Assembly (NCBI GenBank): GCA_963674945.2
Contig: CAXXWQ010000004.1
Location: forward strand, 2,752,001-2,816,000
From: an uncultured Desulfosarcina sp.
GTDB lineage: Bacteria; Desulfobacterota; Desulfobacteria; Desulfobacterales; Desulfosarcinaceae
Direction: 5' to 3'
DNA length: 64,000 bases
The notes beneath the pieces were generated by a model. The model searched no databases. It saw only the letters and a list, made by a program, of their open reading frames with translations, and was not told the origin of the DNA. Made by a program: the position numbers and the translations under genes. Shown here piece by piece: positions 21,437 to 31,403 of this stretch. How positions within the stretch are numbered: position 1 is the first letter of the stretch; each line of letters starts with the position of its first letter.

Positions 21437-23416
21437 ATGGCAATACCGAATAAACCTGTGGGTGAACTTAAGGCCGTACGGGATCCCGAAGTCGTCGAGA
21501 AAGAAGTTGACATTCTCATCGTTGGCGGTGGCATGGCAGCATGCGGAACCGCTTTCGAAGTGAAAAAATGGATGAAAGACGGACAGAGTGTTCTTCTGTG
21601 CGACAAGGCCGCCATGGAGCGTTCCGGTGCCGTTGCCCAGGGCCTTTCCGCCATCAACACCTACATCGGCGAAAATGCTCCCGAAGACTACGTCCGCATG
21701 GTCAGAAACGACCTGATGGGTCTGGTTCGCGAAGACCTGATCTTCGATCTGGGCTGCCACGTGGATGACTCCGTAAACCTGTTCGAAGAGTGGGGACTGC
21801 CAATCTGGAAGAAGACCGAAGACGGAAAGAACCTGGACGGCAAGAAGGGTCAGAAGATGGGGACCCTGAAAGCCGGTGCCCAGCCGGTCCGTACCGGTAA
21901 ATGGCAGATCATGATCAACGGTGAGTCCTACAAGCGTATCGTCGCCGAAGCAGCCAAGCTGGCGCTGGGCGAAGACAACATCATCGAGCGCTGCTTCATC
22001 GTCGAACTGCTCCTGGACGCCAACGTCGAGAATCAGATCGCCGGCGCAGTGGGTTTCTCCGTTCGTGAAAACAAAGTCTACATCATCAAATGCAAGACCA
22101 TGATGGTTGCCTGCGGTGGCGCCGTGAACATCTATCAGCCGCGTTCGGTAGGTGAAGGTAAAGGCCGCGCCTGGTATCCAGTATGGAACGCAGGGTCCAC
22201 CTACACCATGTGTATGAAGGTCGGCGCCGAGCTTACCATGATGGAAAACCGTTTCACCCCGGCCCGTTTCAAAGACGGTTACGGCCCGGTCGGTGCCTGG
22301 TTCCTGCTGTTCAAGGCCAAAACCCTCAACGGTTTGGGCGAACCCTATGCCGGTAGTGATGCCGCCAAGGCCGAGCTGGAAAAATACGCTCCCTACGGCA
22401 CCGCCGCCATCACCCCGACCTGTCTGCGGAACCACCTGATGCTGTTCGAGATGAAAGAGGGCCGCGGCCCGATCATCATGGACACCGTCACCGCGCTGGC
22501 CGAGTTGGGCGCCACCATGGACAAGAAAGAGCTCAAACACCTCGAGTCCGAAGCGTGGGAAGACTTCCTGGATATGACCTGTGGCCAGGCCAACCTGTGG
22601 TGTGCGCAGGACTGTGAGCCGGAGAAGAAAAACTCCGAAGTCATGCCCACCGAGCCTTACCTTCTGGGTTCCCACTCCGGTTGCTGCGGTCTGTGGGCCT
22701 CCGGTCCCGATTATGACTGGGTTCCGGATGACTACAAGATCAAAGCCCGTAACGGCAAGATCTACAAACAGATGACCACCGTCGAAGGTCTGTTCACCGC
22801 CGGCGACGGCGTGGGCGGTTCCGGCCACAAGTTCTCCTCCGGATCCCATGCCGAAGGTCGTATCGCCGCCAAGCAGATGGTGCGCTATGCTTCTGATTTC
22901 GCCGACTTCGCCCCGGCCCTGAAGCAGTCCAAGGAAGAGCTGGTCGACCTGGTCTACAAACCGGTCCGCACCTTCCTCGACAACTGCGAGTACACCACCG
23001 CCGTGGACATCAACCCCAACTACATCAAACCGAACGGCATGATGTACCGCCTGATGAAGGCCACTCATGAGTACGGTGCCGGTACCGCCACCTTCTACAT
23101 GACCACCAGCAAGTCTCTGGAAATCGTCATGGATCTTCTGGCCACCATGCGCGAAGACTGCGAGAAGCTGGCTGCCGGTGACCTGCACGAGCTGATGAGA
23201 TGCTGGGAAATCGAGCACCGCATCTGGACCGTCGAGGCTCACCTGCGTCACATCCAGTTCCGTAAAGAGACCCGCTATCCGGGCTTCTACTATCAGGCAG
23301 ACTATCCGGGACAGGATGACGAGAACTGGTTCTGCTTCGTCAACTCCAAGTTCAATCCGGAAAAGAAAGAATGGGATGTCAAGAAAGTTCCTTACATCAA
23401 GATTATCCCGGACTAA
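21437..23416 (+). CDS. aprA: Adenylylsulfate reductase alpha subunit
   Basis: GGGMAACG, RSGAVAQGLSAINTY, WQIMINGESY, HKFSSGS, ETRYPGFYY. Confidence 0.99.
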   Translation: MAIPNKPVGELKAVRDPEVVEKEVDILIVGGGMAACGTAFEVKKWMKDGQSVLLCDKAAMERSGAVAQGLSAINTYIGENAPEDYVRMVRNDLMGLVREDLIFDLGCHVDDSVNLFEEWGLPIWKKTEDGKNLDGKKGQKMGTLKAGAQPVRTGKWQIMINGESYKRIVAEAAKLALGEDNIIERCFIVELLLDANVENQIAGAVGFSVRENKVYIIKCKTMMVACGGAVNIYQPRSVGEGKGRAWYPVWNAGSTYTMCMKVGAELTMMENRFTPARFKDGYGPVGAWFLLFKAKTLNGLGEPYAGSDAAKAELEKYAPYGTAAITPTCLRNHLMLFEMKEGRGPIIMDTVTALAELGATMDKKELKHLESEAWEDFLDMTCGQANLWCAQDCEPEKKNSEVMPTEPYLLGSHSGCCGLWASGPDYDWVPDDYKIKARNGKIYKQMTTVEGLFTAGDGVGGSGHKFSSGSHAEGRIAAKQMVRYASDFADFAPALKQSKEELVDLVYKPVRTFLDNCEYTTAVDINPNYIKPNGMMYRLMKATHEYGAGTATFYMTTSKSLEIVMDLLATMREDCEKLAAGDLHELMRCWEIEHRIWTVEAHLRHIQFRKETRYPGFYYQADYPGQDDENWFCFVNSKFNPEKKEWDVKKVPYIKIIPD

Positions 23417-23454
23417 TGAAATGTCGACGGTAGTTTTTGTCGAATAGCAACACG

Positions 23455-23488
23455 CCTCCAGGTGCCTTGCGGGCACCTGGAGGTTTTT
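23455..23488 (+). terminator. Rho-independent terminator after aprA
   Basis: 12-bp stem CCTCCAGGTGCC/GGCACCTGGAGG followed by TTTTT. Confidence 0.85.
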
Positions 23489-23768
23489 ATTACCGAACCG
23501 AGTGTCGTTGATTTTTGTTTTCGGGTAGTACCCATCTGGGACCGTGCCGTTTCGCAGTGATTGCGCTTTCGACATTGCCCCATTGCCGTCATTGGTCCAT
23601 TGGAGCGTGAAACCGGCACCTGGAGGTCCTTGGCTGTTCGATTTTTGTGGAGTTCCAGCTTCCCGTTTCCAGTTTCAATAAACGGGTATTGCCCGAAGAA
23701 ATAGACGGTATCGTAATTTTTTAAGTTTTCATGACCTAAATAGAAACGTTGATGCACGGAGGGATAGC

Positions 23769-25046
23769 ATGACAAACGACAACGCAGCCCCAACGAGTGG
23801 AAGCATTATGGTGGTTGGCGGCGGCATCGCCGGGCTCACCTCGGCAATCGAAGCCGCTGAAGTGGGGTATGAAGTGTTCTTGGTCGAAAAAAATCCTTAT
23901 CTGGGCGGAAGAGTAGCACAGCTGAAGCAATATTTTCCCAAGCTATGCCCTCCGACCTGTGGATTGGAGATCAACTTTCGCCGAATCAAGGACAATCCCA
24001 GAATCAAGGTGTTCACCCTGTCAGAAGTGGAAAAGGTGAACGGCACGCCCGGCAACTACAACGTCAGCGTGAAGATCAATCCCCGTTATGTGAACGAAAA
24101 CTGCACCTGCTGCGGGGCGTGTGCCGAGGCTTGCGAGACCGAGGTCACCGATGACTTCAACTTCGGCATGTGCCGGAAGAAGGCTGCCTACCTGCCCTTC
24201 GAGATGGCCTTTCCCGCAAAATATGTAATTTCGCCACAGATCATCGGCACCGAAGATGCCGCCAAGGTGGCAGCGGCATGTAAATATGACGCGGTGGACC
24301 TGGATATGCAGGCCAAAACCGTGGATTTGGCCGTGGGCGCCATCATCTGGGCCACCGGTTGGGAGCCCTACGATGCCCATCGCATCGACAACCTGGGCTT
24401 CGGTCAGTACGACAACATCGTCACCAACATGATGCTCGAGCGCCTTGCCTCCAAATCCGGCCCCACCGGCGGCAAGATTCTCCGCCCCTCCGACGACAAG
24501 GCGCCCGAAAGTGTCGCCTTCGTCCAATGCGCCGGTTCCCGCGACGAGAATCACCTGCCCTACTGCTCCTACATATGCTGTATGGCCTCTTTAAAGCATG
24601 CCACCTATATCCGTGAGCAATATCCGGATACCAAGGTTTACATCTTCTACATCGACATCCGTTCGCCCGGTGATCGTTACGAAAAATTCTTCAATAAGAT
24701 CAAGGAAGACGAAAATGTCATACTGATCAAAGGCAAAGTCGCCGAGGTCAGTGAAGACCCGGCAACAAAAAGCATCACCGTGGTTGCTGAAAATGCGGTC
24801 ACCGGGGAGAAAATCCATCAAACGGTGGATATGGCGGTTCTGGCCACGGGTATGCAGCCCACGGCTGCCAATACCAAACTGCCCGCCGACCTTACGGTCA
24901 ACGATGACGGTTTCATCATCAATGACTATGCAAAAGGCGGCATGTTTGCCGCCGGCTGCGCCAACAAACCGGCCGACGTGATTTCGTCCAATCAGAATGC
25001 GACCGGCATGGCCCTGAAAGCCATTCAAACCCTGGTGAAAAGGTAG
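23769..25046 (+). CDS. qmoA: QmoA (HdrA-like flavoprotein)
   Basis: VVGGGIAG, YFPKLCPPTCGLEIN, CSYICC; located directly after aprBA. Confidence 0.95.
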   Translation: MTNDNAAPTSGSIMVVGGGIAGLTSAIEAAEVGYEVFLVEKNPYLGGRVAQLKQYFPKLCPPTCGLEINFRRIKDNPRIKVFTLSEVEKVNGTPGNYNVSVKINPRYVNENCTCCGACAEACETEVTDDFNFGMCRKKAAYLPFEMAFPAKYVISPQIIGTEDAAKVAAACKYDAVDLDMQAKTVDLAVGAIIWATGWEPYDAHRIDNLGFGQYDNIVTNMMLERLASKSGPTGGKILRPSDDKAPESVAFVQCAGSRDENHLPYCSYICCMASLKHATYIREQYPDTKVYIFYIDIRSPGDRYEKFFNKIKEDENVILIKGKVAEVSEDPATKSITVVAENAVTGEKIHQTVDMAVLATGMQPTAANTKLPADLTVNDDGFIINDYAKGGMFAAGCANKPADVISSNQNATGMALKAIQTLVKR

Positions 25047-25056
25047 GAGGTAACCC

Positions 25057-27396
25057 ATGGATAAGAAGTATGGTGTGTATATATGCGAAGGTTGTGGCAT
25101 CGGGGAGTCCCTCGATGTGAAAGCCCTGTGCGGGATTCCCGAAGAGGAGGGCGTGCCCGTCAAGACCCATCCTTTCCTGTGCGGCAAGGAAGGCGTCGAA
25201 CTGCTCAAAAAGGACATCGCCGACGGCACCAACTCCCTGGTCATCGCCGCCTGTTCCCGACGCGTCAATTTCGACATCTTTCGGTTCGACGGCTGTATCG
25301 TTGATCGTGTGAACCTGCGAGAGGGTGTGGTCTGGTCCCATCCCCGCAGCGAGTTTCCCGCGCTGACCGAAGAGGAGAAAGAGGACGAGGACAACTTCGA
25401 TCGCGTCCAGATGATGGCCGAAGATTATATCCGCATGGGCATGATCCGTGTGGAAAAAATCAAACTGCCCGAACCGTATCTTTTGGAAAATGTCTCCAAG
25501 AAAATTCTCGTCCTCGGCGGCGGTATCACCGGTATGAGCGCGGCCATCGACGCGGCCAAAGCCGGTTTCGACGTGACCATCGTCGAAAAGACCGAAAGCC
25601 TTGGTGGTTATGCGGCGAAGGTGAGAAAACAGATCCCCGTTTCGGCACCCTATGACAGCCTCATTTCTCCTGTTGTTGCTGCCAAGATCGCCGAGGTCGA
25701 AGCCATGCCCAACATCACCGTGAAGACAGGAACCGCCGTGGCCCGGATCGCCGGCCAGCCTGGTGAATTCACGGTTACCATGAAAAAACCGGGAGAGAAG
25801 ATCCCCTTCGACGTTCCCTACCCGCTGCCCGATGAGATGAAGTTGGACGAAAAGGGCAATGAGCTGGATGCCACATCACAGCATGAAGCCTTTTTGAAAT
25901 ACAACGAAGGCAAAAATGACATCCTCAAGCTCGACCCGGACGGCGAACTGTTCGGCGCCGTCATCCTGGCCGCCGGCTGGCGCCCGGATGATCTTTCCGA
26001 TGGCGATTTCAGCCACCTGGGATACGGTGAGATTCCCGACGTGATCACCAACCATCAGTTCGAAGAGATCGCCAAGAGAGGAAAAATTGTCCGCCCCTCT
26101 GACGGAAAACCGGCCAAATCCGTGGTTTTCGTCCAGAGCCCGGGAAAGGATGGATCGGATAGCGACTTCGCCTACGCCGGAGCGGTCACCAGCATGGTCG
26201 CCCTGAAACAGGCCAAGTACGTGAGAGAAGATTACAGTACCGACGGCAAGGCCTTCATCTTTTACCAACACATGCGCACCCCCGGTTTTTCCGAGCTTTT
26301 CTATAAGGGGCTGCAGCAGGACCCGGGAATCTTCATGACCAAGGGTTCCGTGATGAGCGTAAAGAAAAACGGTGACGGCATGATCGTGGACGCCGATAAT
26401 ACCCTGCTGGGTGAAAAGCTTCAGGTCAAGGCGGACCTGGTGGTTCTGGGTGCCGGAATGGTTCCGGTGACCAAGGATGACCCGGTTGTCAATCTGGCCT
26501 ATCGCCAGGGACCGGGCTTTCGGGACATCGGATTGTTCAATGGCTATGTCGACTCCAACTTCATCTGCTTTCCCTACGAAACCCAACGGACCGGCATCTA
26601 TGCCGCCGGCGCCATCCGTCGCTCCATGACCATGGAAGAGGCCATCGAAGACGCCTCCGGCGCCGCCCTCAAGGCCATCCAGTGCCTCGAATCCGTGAAT
26701 CGCGGCGTATCCGTGCATCCGAGAAGCGGCGACATGACCTTCCCGGACTTCTTTTTCCAGCGCTGCACCCAGTGCAAGCGTTGTACGGAAGAGTGCCCCT
26801 TCGGCGCCCTGGACGACGATGAAAAGGGTACTCCCAAACCAAACCCCACGCGCTGCCGCCGCTGCGGAACCTGCATGGGTGCGTGCCCCGAGCGAATCAT
26901 CGGTTTTGCCGATTACAACATCGACAGCATCGGTTCCATGGTCAAGTCCATCAGCGTGCCGTCGGAGGACGACTACACCGAACCACCGTTTCGCATCCTC
27001 GGCCTGGTATGTGAGAACGATGCATATCCGGCGCTGGACATGGCCGGTCTCAACAAACTGGGCTATTCGGCGGATGTCCGCATCATTCCCATCCGCTGCC
27101 TTGGTTCCATGAACGTAATCTGGATCAAAGACGCCCTCTCCCAGGGCATGGACGGTGTCTTCCTTCTTGGATGCAAGCACGGTGACGACTATCAGTGTCA
27201 CTTTGTCAAGGGCTCCGAGCTGGCCGATATCCGCATGAAGAAGATCGGTGACGCCCTTGCCAGCCTGGCATTGGAAACCGAGCGCGTGGCTCAGTTCGAA
27301 GTTGCCATCGACGACTACGACAAGGTTCCCCAGATGATCAACGATTTCGTTGAATCCATCGAGGCATTAGGACCCAACCCGTTCAAGGGTTTTTAA
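25057..27396 (+). CDS. qmoB: QmoB (HdrA-like + ferredoxin + MvhD-like domain)
   Basis: GGGITG FAD motif, CTQCKRCTEECP, CENDAYPALD, C-terminal GPNPFKGF. Confidence 0.95.
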   Translation: MDKKYGVYICEGCGIGESLDVKALCGIPEEEGVPVKTHPFLCGKEGVELLKKDIADGTNSLVIAACSRRVNFDIFRFDGCIVDRVNLREGVVWSHPRSEFPALTEEEKEDEDNFDRVQMMAEDYIRMGMIRVEKIKLPEPYLLENVSKKILVLGGGITGMSAAIDAAKAGFDVTIVEKTESLGGYAAKVRKQIPVSAPYDSLISPVVAAKIAEVEAMPNITVKTGTAVARIAGQPGEFTVTMKKPGEKIPFDVPYPLPDEMKLDEKGNELDATSQHEAFLKYNEGKNDILKLDPDGELFGAVILAAGWRPDDLSDGDFSHLGYGEIPDVITNHQFEEIAKRGKIVRPSDGKPAKSVVFVQSPGKDGSDSDFAYAGAVTSMVALKQAKYVREDYSTDGKAFIFYQHMRTPGFSELFYKGLQQDPGIFMTKGSVMSVKKNGDGMIVDADNTLLGEKLQVKADLVVLGAGMVPVTKDDPVVNLAYRQGPGFRDIGLFNGYVDSNFICFPYETQRTGIYAAGAIRRSMTMEEAIEDASGAALKAIQCLESVNRGVSVHPRSGDMTFPDFFFQRCTQCKRCTEECPFGALDDDEKGTPKPNPTRCRRCGTCMGACPERIIGFADYNIDSIGSMVKSISVPSEDDYTEPPFRILGLVCENDAYPALDMAGLNKLGYSADVRIIPIRCLGSMNVIWIKDALSQGMDGVFLLGCKHGDDYQCHFVKGSELADIRMKKIGDALASLALETERVAQFEVAIDDYDKVPQMINDFVESIEALGPNPFKGF

Positions 27397-27471
27397 TCTA
27401 ACCGAACCCATGGAGAGGCGGAATACGAAGACGCCTCTCATAGCCATTTTTGCCAAGTGAGGAGGTTTCCA

Positions 27472-28620
27472 ATGGCAGATTCATATTTGGTTGATCCCGA
27501 TGTGGGGTTTATCGAAGAAATAAGCAGACTCGGGGGTGCCGACGTAAAAAAGTGTTTTCAATGCGCGACATGTGCCGTAGCATGCCCCATCTCCCCGGAC
27601 ACCAAGCCCTTTCCCCGAAAAGAGATGATTGCCGCATCATGGGGATTGAAGGATCGTTTGATCGGCAACGGTGATGTCTGGTTGTGTCACAACTGCGGCG
27701 ATTGTTCCACCCTGTGTCCGAGGGGCGCCCAGCCTGGCGACGTGCTGGCGGCGGTTCGCGCGGCCACCGTCATTGAGTACGCCACACCCAAAGCCATCGC
27801 AAAGATGGTCAGCGATCCCACAAAGCTGCCGATTCTTTTGGCCATTCCGGCGGTCATTTTTCTGGTCGTGGGCCTTTTGCTCAAAATGGTGGGCATCGAC
27901 TGGCTCAATTTTGCCCCCACCGGTGACCACTTGTGGCAGGCGGATTATATCGGCAACTATCTGGTGGACATCATCATGGTACCCACCTTTACGGCGGCCA
28001 TCGTGGTATTTGCGTTGGGTCTGAAACGCTTTTTGTCGGATATGCACCAAAATGCCCTCGCCGAAGGAAAGACAACGAAGGAGGAGATCGATCCCCTGGG
28101 TTTTGTCCAGGCTCTGATCCGGACGATTCCGACCATCATGAAGCACCAGAAATTCAACGAGTGCGGTGAAAACAATGATCGATCCACGGCCCACATGATG
28201 GTCCTGTACGGTTTCATCGGCCTGTTCATCGTGACCGGCTGCTTCTTTATCGCAGAGTGGGTTTTTCATATCGAGGGTCCCTATCGACAGATCAACCCGG
28301 TGAAATGGCTGGGCAACATCGCCGGCGTCTCCCTGGTCATCGGGAGTATCCTTCTCTTTAAAAACCGGTTGGCCAAGAAGGACCAGATATCCAGCTATTG
28401 GGATTGGCAACTCGTTGGCCTTGTCGTGCTGCTGGGCGTCACGGGAATGCTGACCGAGATGCTTCGCCTGAGCGGAGCATACAGCCTCATGGCCATCATT
28501 TATTTTATCCACCTGATTCTCGTCTGGAGTCTGTTCGCCTATACGCCGTTTTCCAAACTGGCCCATCTGATCTATCGGACCGTTGCAATGACGTATAATG
28601 AGTATAGCGGACGAAAATAA
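27472..28620 (+). CDS. qmoC: QmoC membrane anchor (HdrC-like Fe-S + cytochrome b)
   Basis: CFQCATCAVACP, CHNCGDCSTLCP, TM helices, SKLAH; GGAGG RBS before ATG 27472. Confidence 0.95.
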   Translation: MADSYLVDPDVGFIEEISRLGGADVKKCFQCATCAVACPISPDTKPFPRKEMIAASWGLKDRLIGNGDVWLCHNCGDCSTLCPRGAQPGDVLAAVRAATVIEYATPKAIAKMVSDPTKLPILLAIPAVIFLVVGLLLKMVGIDWLNFAPTGDHLWQADYIGNYLVDIIMVPTFTAAIVVFALGLKRFLSDMHQNALAEGKTTKEEIDPLGFVQALIRTIPTIMKHQKFNECGENNDRSTAHMMVLYGFIGLFIVTGCFFIAEWVFHIEGPYRQINPVKWLGNIAGVSLVIGSILLFKNRLAKKDQISSYWDWQLVGLVVLLGVTGMLTEMLRLSGAYSLMAIIYFIHLILVWSLFAYTPFSKLAHLIYRTVAMTYNEYSGRK

Positions 28621-28631
28621 CGCATCATTAT

Positions 28632-28675
28632 AAAAACAAAAAAAGGGGAGCCTTCGCTCCCCTTTTTTTGTTTTT
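28632..28675. terminator. Bidirectional rho-independent terminator
   Basis: A-tract, GGGGAG..CTCCCC stem, T-tract, between convergent genes. Confidence 0.85.
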
Positions 28676-30239
28676 ATTCCGAGGATAAAATTTTTCGCGC
28701 AACGCCGATATCGGCCCAAGCCGCAATTGATTTGTCATTTCTGGATAGGCACTTTACATTGGTGCGCCATTGATACAAGGCAATTGCCGTGGCAACGGCG
28801 GCGTTGAGGGACTCCACCGCCGGATTCATGGGAATCGATACGGCCTGGGCCTCCCAGTGTTGCGGCAGTCCCGGGCCTTCCAAACCGGCAAGCAGGCAAA
28901 AGGATTGGGGAAACCGGATGTGGGACAATGGCCTTCCCTTGGTGGCGAGGGCGATGACTTTCAGATCCCTTGGAATTTCGGCCAGGCCGGGTCCCTGAAA
29001 CAGTCGGGCGGAAAACACCGCTGCCGCCGAGGCGCGTACCGCCTTGGGATGAAAGGGATTGGCACTTTCAGCCAACAGGACGATGCGATCCACCTGGAAC
29101 GCTTCTGCCGATCGGATCACGGCTCCCACGTTTTCCGGGTCCTGGAAGGGAACCAGAAGGGTACATCCGGGTAACGGATCGTCCGTCGGATGCCAGGGAA
29201 CGGGCTTGGGGGCTTTGGCGAGGAGTATGGGTGATTTGGTTCCGAAGACGTCCAGGCGAGCAAACAGATCGGGCGTCAGTTGAATCCATTCCATGGATTC
29301 CGGCGCACCATCAGGTGGTGGATGACCATCGCCTTTGGTTACCCAGGCCAGACACACCTGCGGATGTTTTCCCACCATTTCCGCCACCAGCCGGCTGCCG
29401 CACACCAATGCTTTTTCCTGTTTCTTCACACCCTTGCCGCCCAGCAATTTCCTCAGATCCTTGAACAGGGGGTTACCCTCACTTTCAATGGTGCGGATCC
29501 GGTATGGCGTAACGGAATCCATGTCACCGGTTTCCAGCATCGGCGAATTGTTTCGTCGAAAGATCACGAGGCGGCGACGGTGGGGCGTGCCGGGAATCTG
29601 GTAGGGAATGTCTTCGGCCAGCGAATGTGTCGTTGTACACCGTCGGACGGCCTCCTCCAACTCTTTATCGCAACCGGGTCCTTTCATGAAGATGGCCAAT
29701 CCGCCCGGTGAGAGACAGCCTGCAACCCTCTCCAGCGTATCGGCCATGGGCTCCACGGCCCGGGTGATGACGCCTTGCACCTTGCGGTCGAAGTCCGGTG
29801 CGATGCCGCGATCAAGGACTTCAAGTCCGTCAATCCCCAGCTCATCGACGACCATTTTCAGAAAATCGCACCGGTTCTGCCGGCTTTCGGCAAGAATGAT
29901 GTGAAGGTCCGGGCGAAAAATCTTTAAGGGGACGCCCGGCATACCCGGCCCTGTTCCCAAATCCAGAAGCGGCGATGGCAGGGTCGTTTGCATGGCCGGC
30001 AAGATGGAATCGGCGTAGAGCTTGAGTACCATGTTGTCAAAATTGCGGATTCGGGTCAGGTTGAGCCGATCATCGTGGTGGCGAAGCAGTTGGTGGTAGC
30101 GCCACAATTGGTTGCGCTGTTCGTCCGTGAGATGAATGCCGCATCGCCGGAGAAGCCGGTCCATGGAATCGGGGGAAGGGGAAGCTGCCTTCTTTCCCAT
30201 GGGCGGCTTTTTGGGATGTCGAGTTCCGCGATCGGTCAC
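28674..30239 (-). CDS. rsmG: 16S rRNA m7G527 methyltransferase RsmG fused to a TrmH/SpoU RNA methyltransferase
   Basis: N-terminal NLTRI, LDLGTGPGMPG, RAV, MKG. C-terminal SPOUT motifs QDPENVGAVIRSA, GLEGPG, IPM..VESLNAAVA. Start uncertain (GTG 30239 after AAGGAG). Confidence 0.85.
   Translation of the reverse strand: MTDRGTRHPKKPPMGKKAASPSPDSMDRLLRRCGIHLTDEQRNQLWRYHQLLRHHDDRLNLTRIRNFDNMVLKLYADSILPAMQTTLPSPLLDLGTGPGMPGVPLKIFRPDLHIILAESRQNRCDFLKMVVDELGIDGLEVLDRGIAPDFDRKVQGVITRAVEPMADTLERVAGCLSPGGLAIFMKGPGCDKELEEAVRRCTTTHSLAEDIPYQIPGTPHRRRLVIFRRNNSPMLETGDMDSVTPYRIRTIESEGNPLFKDLRKLLGGKGVKKQEKALVCGSRLVAEMVGKHPQVCLAWVTKGDGHPPPDGAPESMEWIQLTPDLFARLDVFGTKSPILLAKAPKPVPWHPTDDPLPGCTLLVPFQDPENVGAVIRSAEAFQVDRIVLLAESANPFHPKAVRASAAAVFSARLFQGPGLAEIPRDLKVIALATKGRPLSHIRFPQSFCLLAGLEGPGLPQHWEAQAVSIPMNPAVESLNAAVATAIALYQWRTNVKCLSRNDKSIAAWADIGVARKILSSE
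28675..28753 (+). repeat. Family B repeat, 3' half
   Basis: Close match to 31325-31403 (TTTTTCGCGCAACGCCGATATCGGCCCAAG...AATTGATTTGTCATTTCTGGAT). Confidence 0.85.
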
Positions 30240-30418
30240 GAACGGCTCCTTTAGGGATAAGTATTGACTTGAGATTAATAAACCATCGGGTATGTTGATG
30301 CAAGATACGAAAATCCATGATGGACCGTTATTTTTTGTAATTAAGGGAAAAGACGGATTGGAATTATCCAAAACAACGAGCAATCAAAACGGGCACGAAA
30401 ATTTCGCAGGAGAGCGGT

Positions 30419-31195
30419 GTGACAAATCGAATTGAAACGCAGGAGCCTTGTCTGTTCGATCCCCGGTGGCCGGTGCTTTACATAGACAATCATCTGCTGG
30501 CCGTCTATAAACCGGCGGGCCTGTTGGTGCAGGGGGATCGAACCGGGGACGTCTGCCTGCTGGATCTGTGCAAGGACTGGCTCAGGGAGCGATACAAGAA
30601 ACCGGGCCGTGTGTTTTTGGCCATGGTCCATCGGCTGGATCGGCCGGTGGCCGGCGTGGTGCTCTTCGCCCGTACCTCAAAGGCCGCCTCCCGTCTGGCG
30701 AAACAATTTCGGGAGCGCAGCGTGGAAAAACGATACCTGGCCGTGGTGGAAGGTGAGGTTCGTAACCCATCCGGCCGTCTCATCCACCACATCCATCGCC
30801 AGGATCGGGCGAGCCATATCGTTCCGGCTCCCGTCACCGGCAGCCAGGAGGCCCGCCTGCGCTATCGGGTTCTGGAAACCGGTCCGAAACGAAGCCTGCT
30901 CGGCATCGAGTTGGAGACCGGCAGGCGCCACCAGATCCGGATTCAACTGGCCCACGCGGGACACGCCATTCTGGGTGATCTTCGTTACGGTGCCATGGCT
31001 CCTTTGGCAAACCGGCAGATCGCGCTGTTGGCGCACACCCTGTCGGTCAATCACCCCACAAAAGGGGATCGATTGACCCTTACCTGCCCGATTCCGCAAA
31101 ATTGGCCCTGGCCCGACTGCGTATCTTTGGCCTCCCCGATCCCCTCTCCACCGTGGGATTGGCGGGCTTTCGATTCTTTAGATAAGACGAATTAA
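30419..31195 (+). CDS. RluA-family pseudouridine synthase
   Basis: KPAG, HRLDRPVAG, TGRRHQIR, ILGDLRYG. Confidence 0.93.
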   Translation: MTNRIETQEPCLFDPRWPVLYIDNHLLAVYKPAGLLVQGDRTGDVCLLDLCKDWLRERYKKPGRVFLAMVHRLDRPVAGVVLFARTSKAASRLAKQFRERSVEKRYLAVVEGEVRNPSGRLIHHIHRQDRASHIVPAPVTGSQEARLRYRVLETGPKRSLLGIELETGRRHQIRIQLAHAGHAILGDLRYGAMAPLANRQIALLAHTLSVNHPTKGDRLTLTCPIPQNWPWPDCVSLASPIPSPPWDWRAFDSLDKTN

Positions 31196-31226
31196 ATCCG
31201 GGCCCTTTGGACCCGGATTTCCATTT
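31194..31226 (+). terminator. Hairpin after the rluA-family gene
   Basis: AAATCCGGG-ccctttgga-CCCGGATTT stem. Confidence 0.55.
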
Positions 31227-31237
31227 TGCGGCCATTC

Positions 31238-31403
31238 AGTGTCTGCCCAAAATTAAAGAATTTGGTTGAGATCAAGGCGCACGACCAATTTTAGCTCGGG
31301 TTTCACCGCAGGTATATGCGTTGATATTCAAAGGATAGACTTTTTCGCGCAACGCCGATATCGGCCCAAGATAGAATTGATTTGTCATTTCTGGATGGAC
31401 ACT
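31238..31403 (+). repeat. Family B ~166-bp repeat, apparently complete
   Basis: Imperfect terminal inverted repeats AGTGTCTGCCCAAAAT / ATTTCTGGATGGACACT. Shares GAGATCAAGG and AACGCCGATATCGG with family A. Confidence 0.8.

Noticed and set aside
21293..23575. 760-aa antisense ORF over aprA
   Set aside because: Shadow of strong codon bias in a highly expressed gene; no recognisable motifs.
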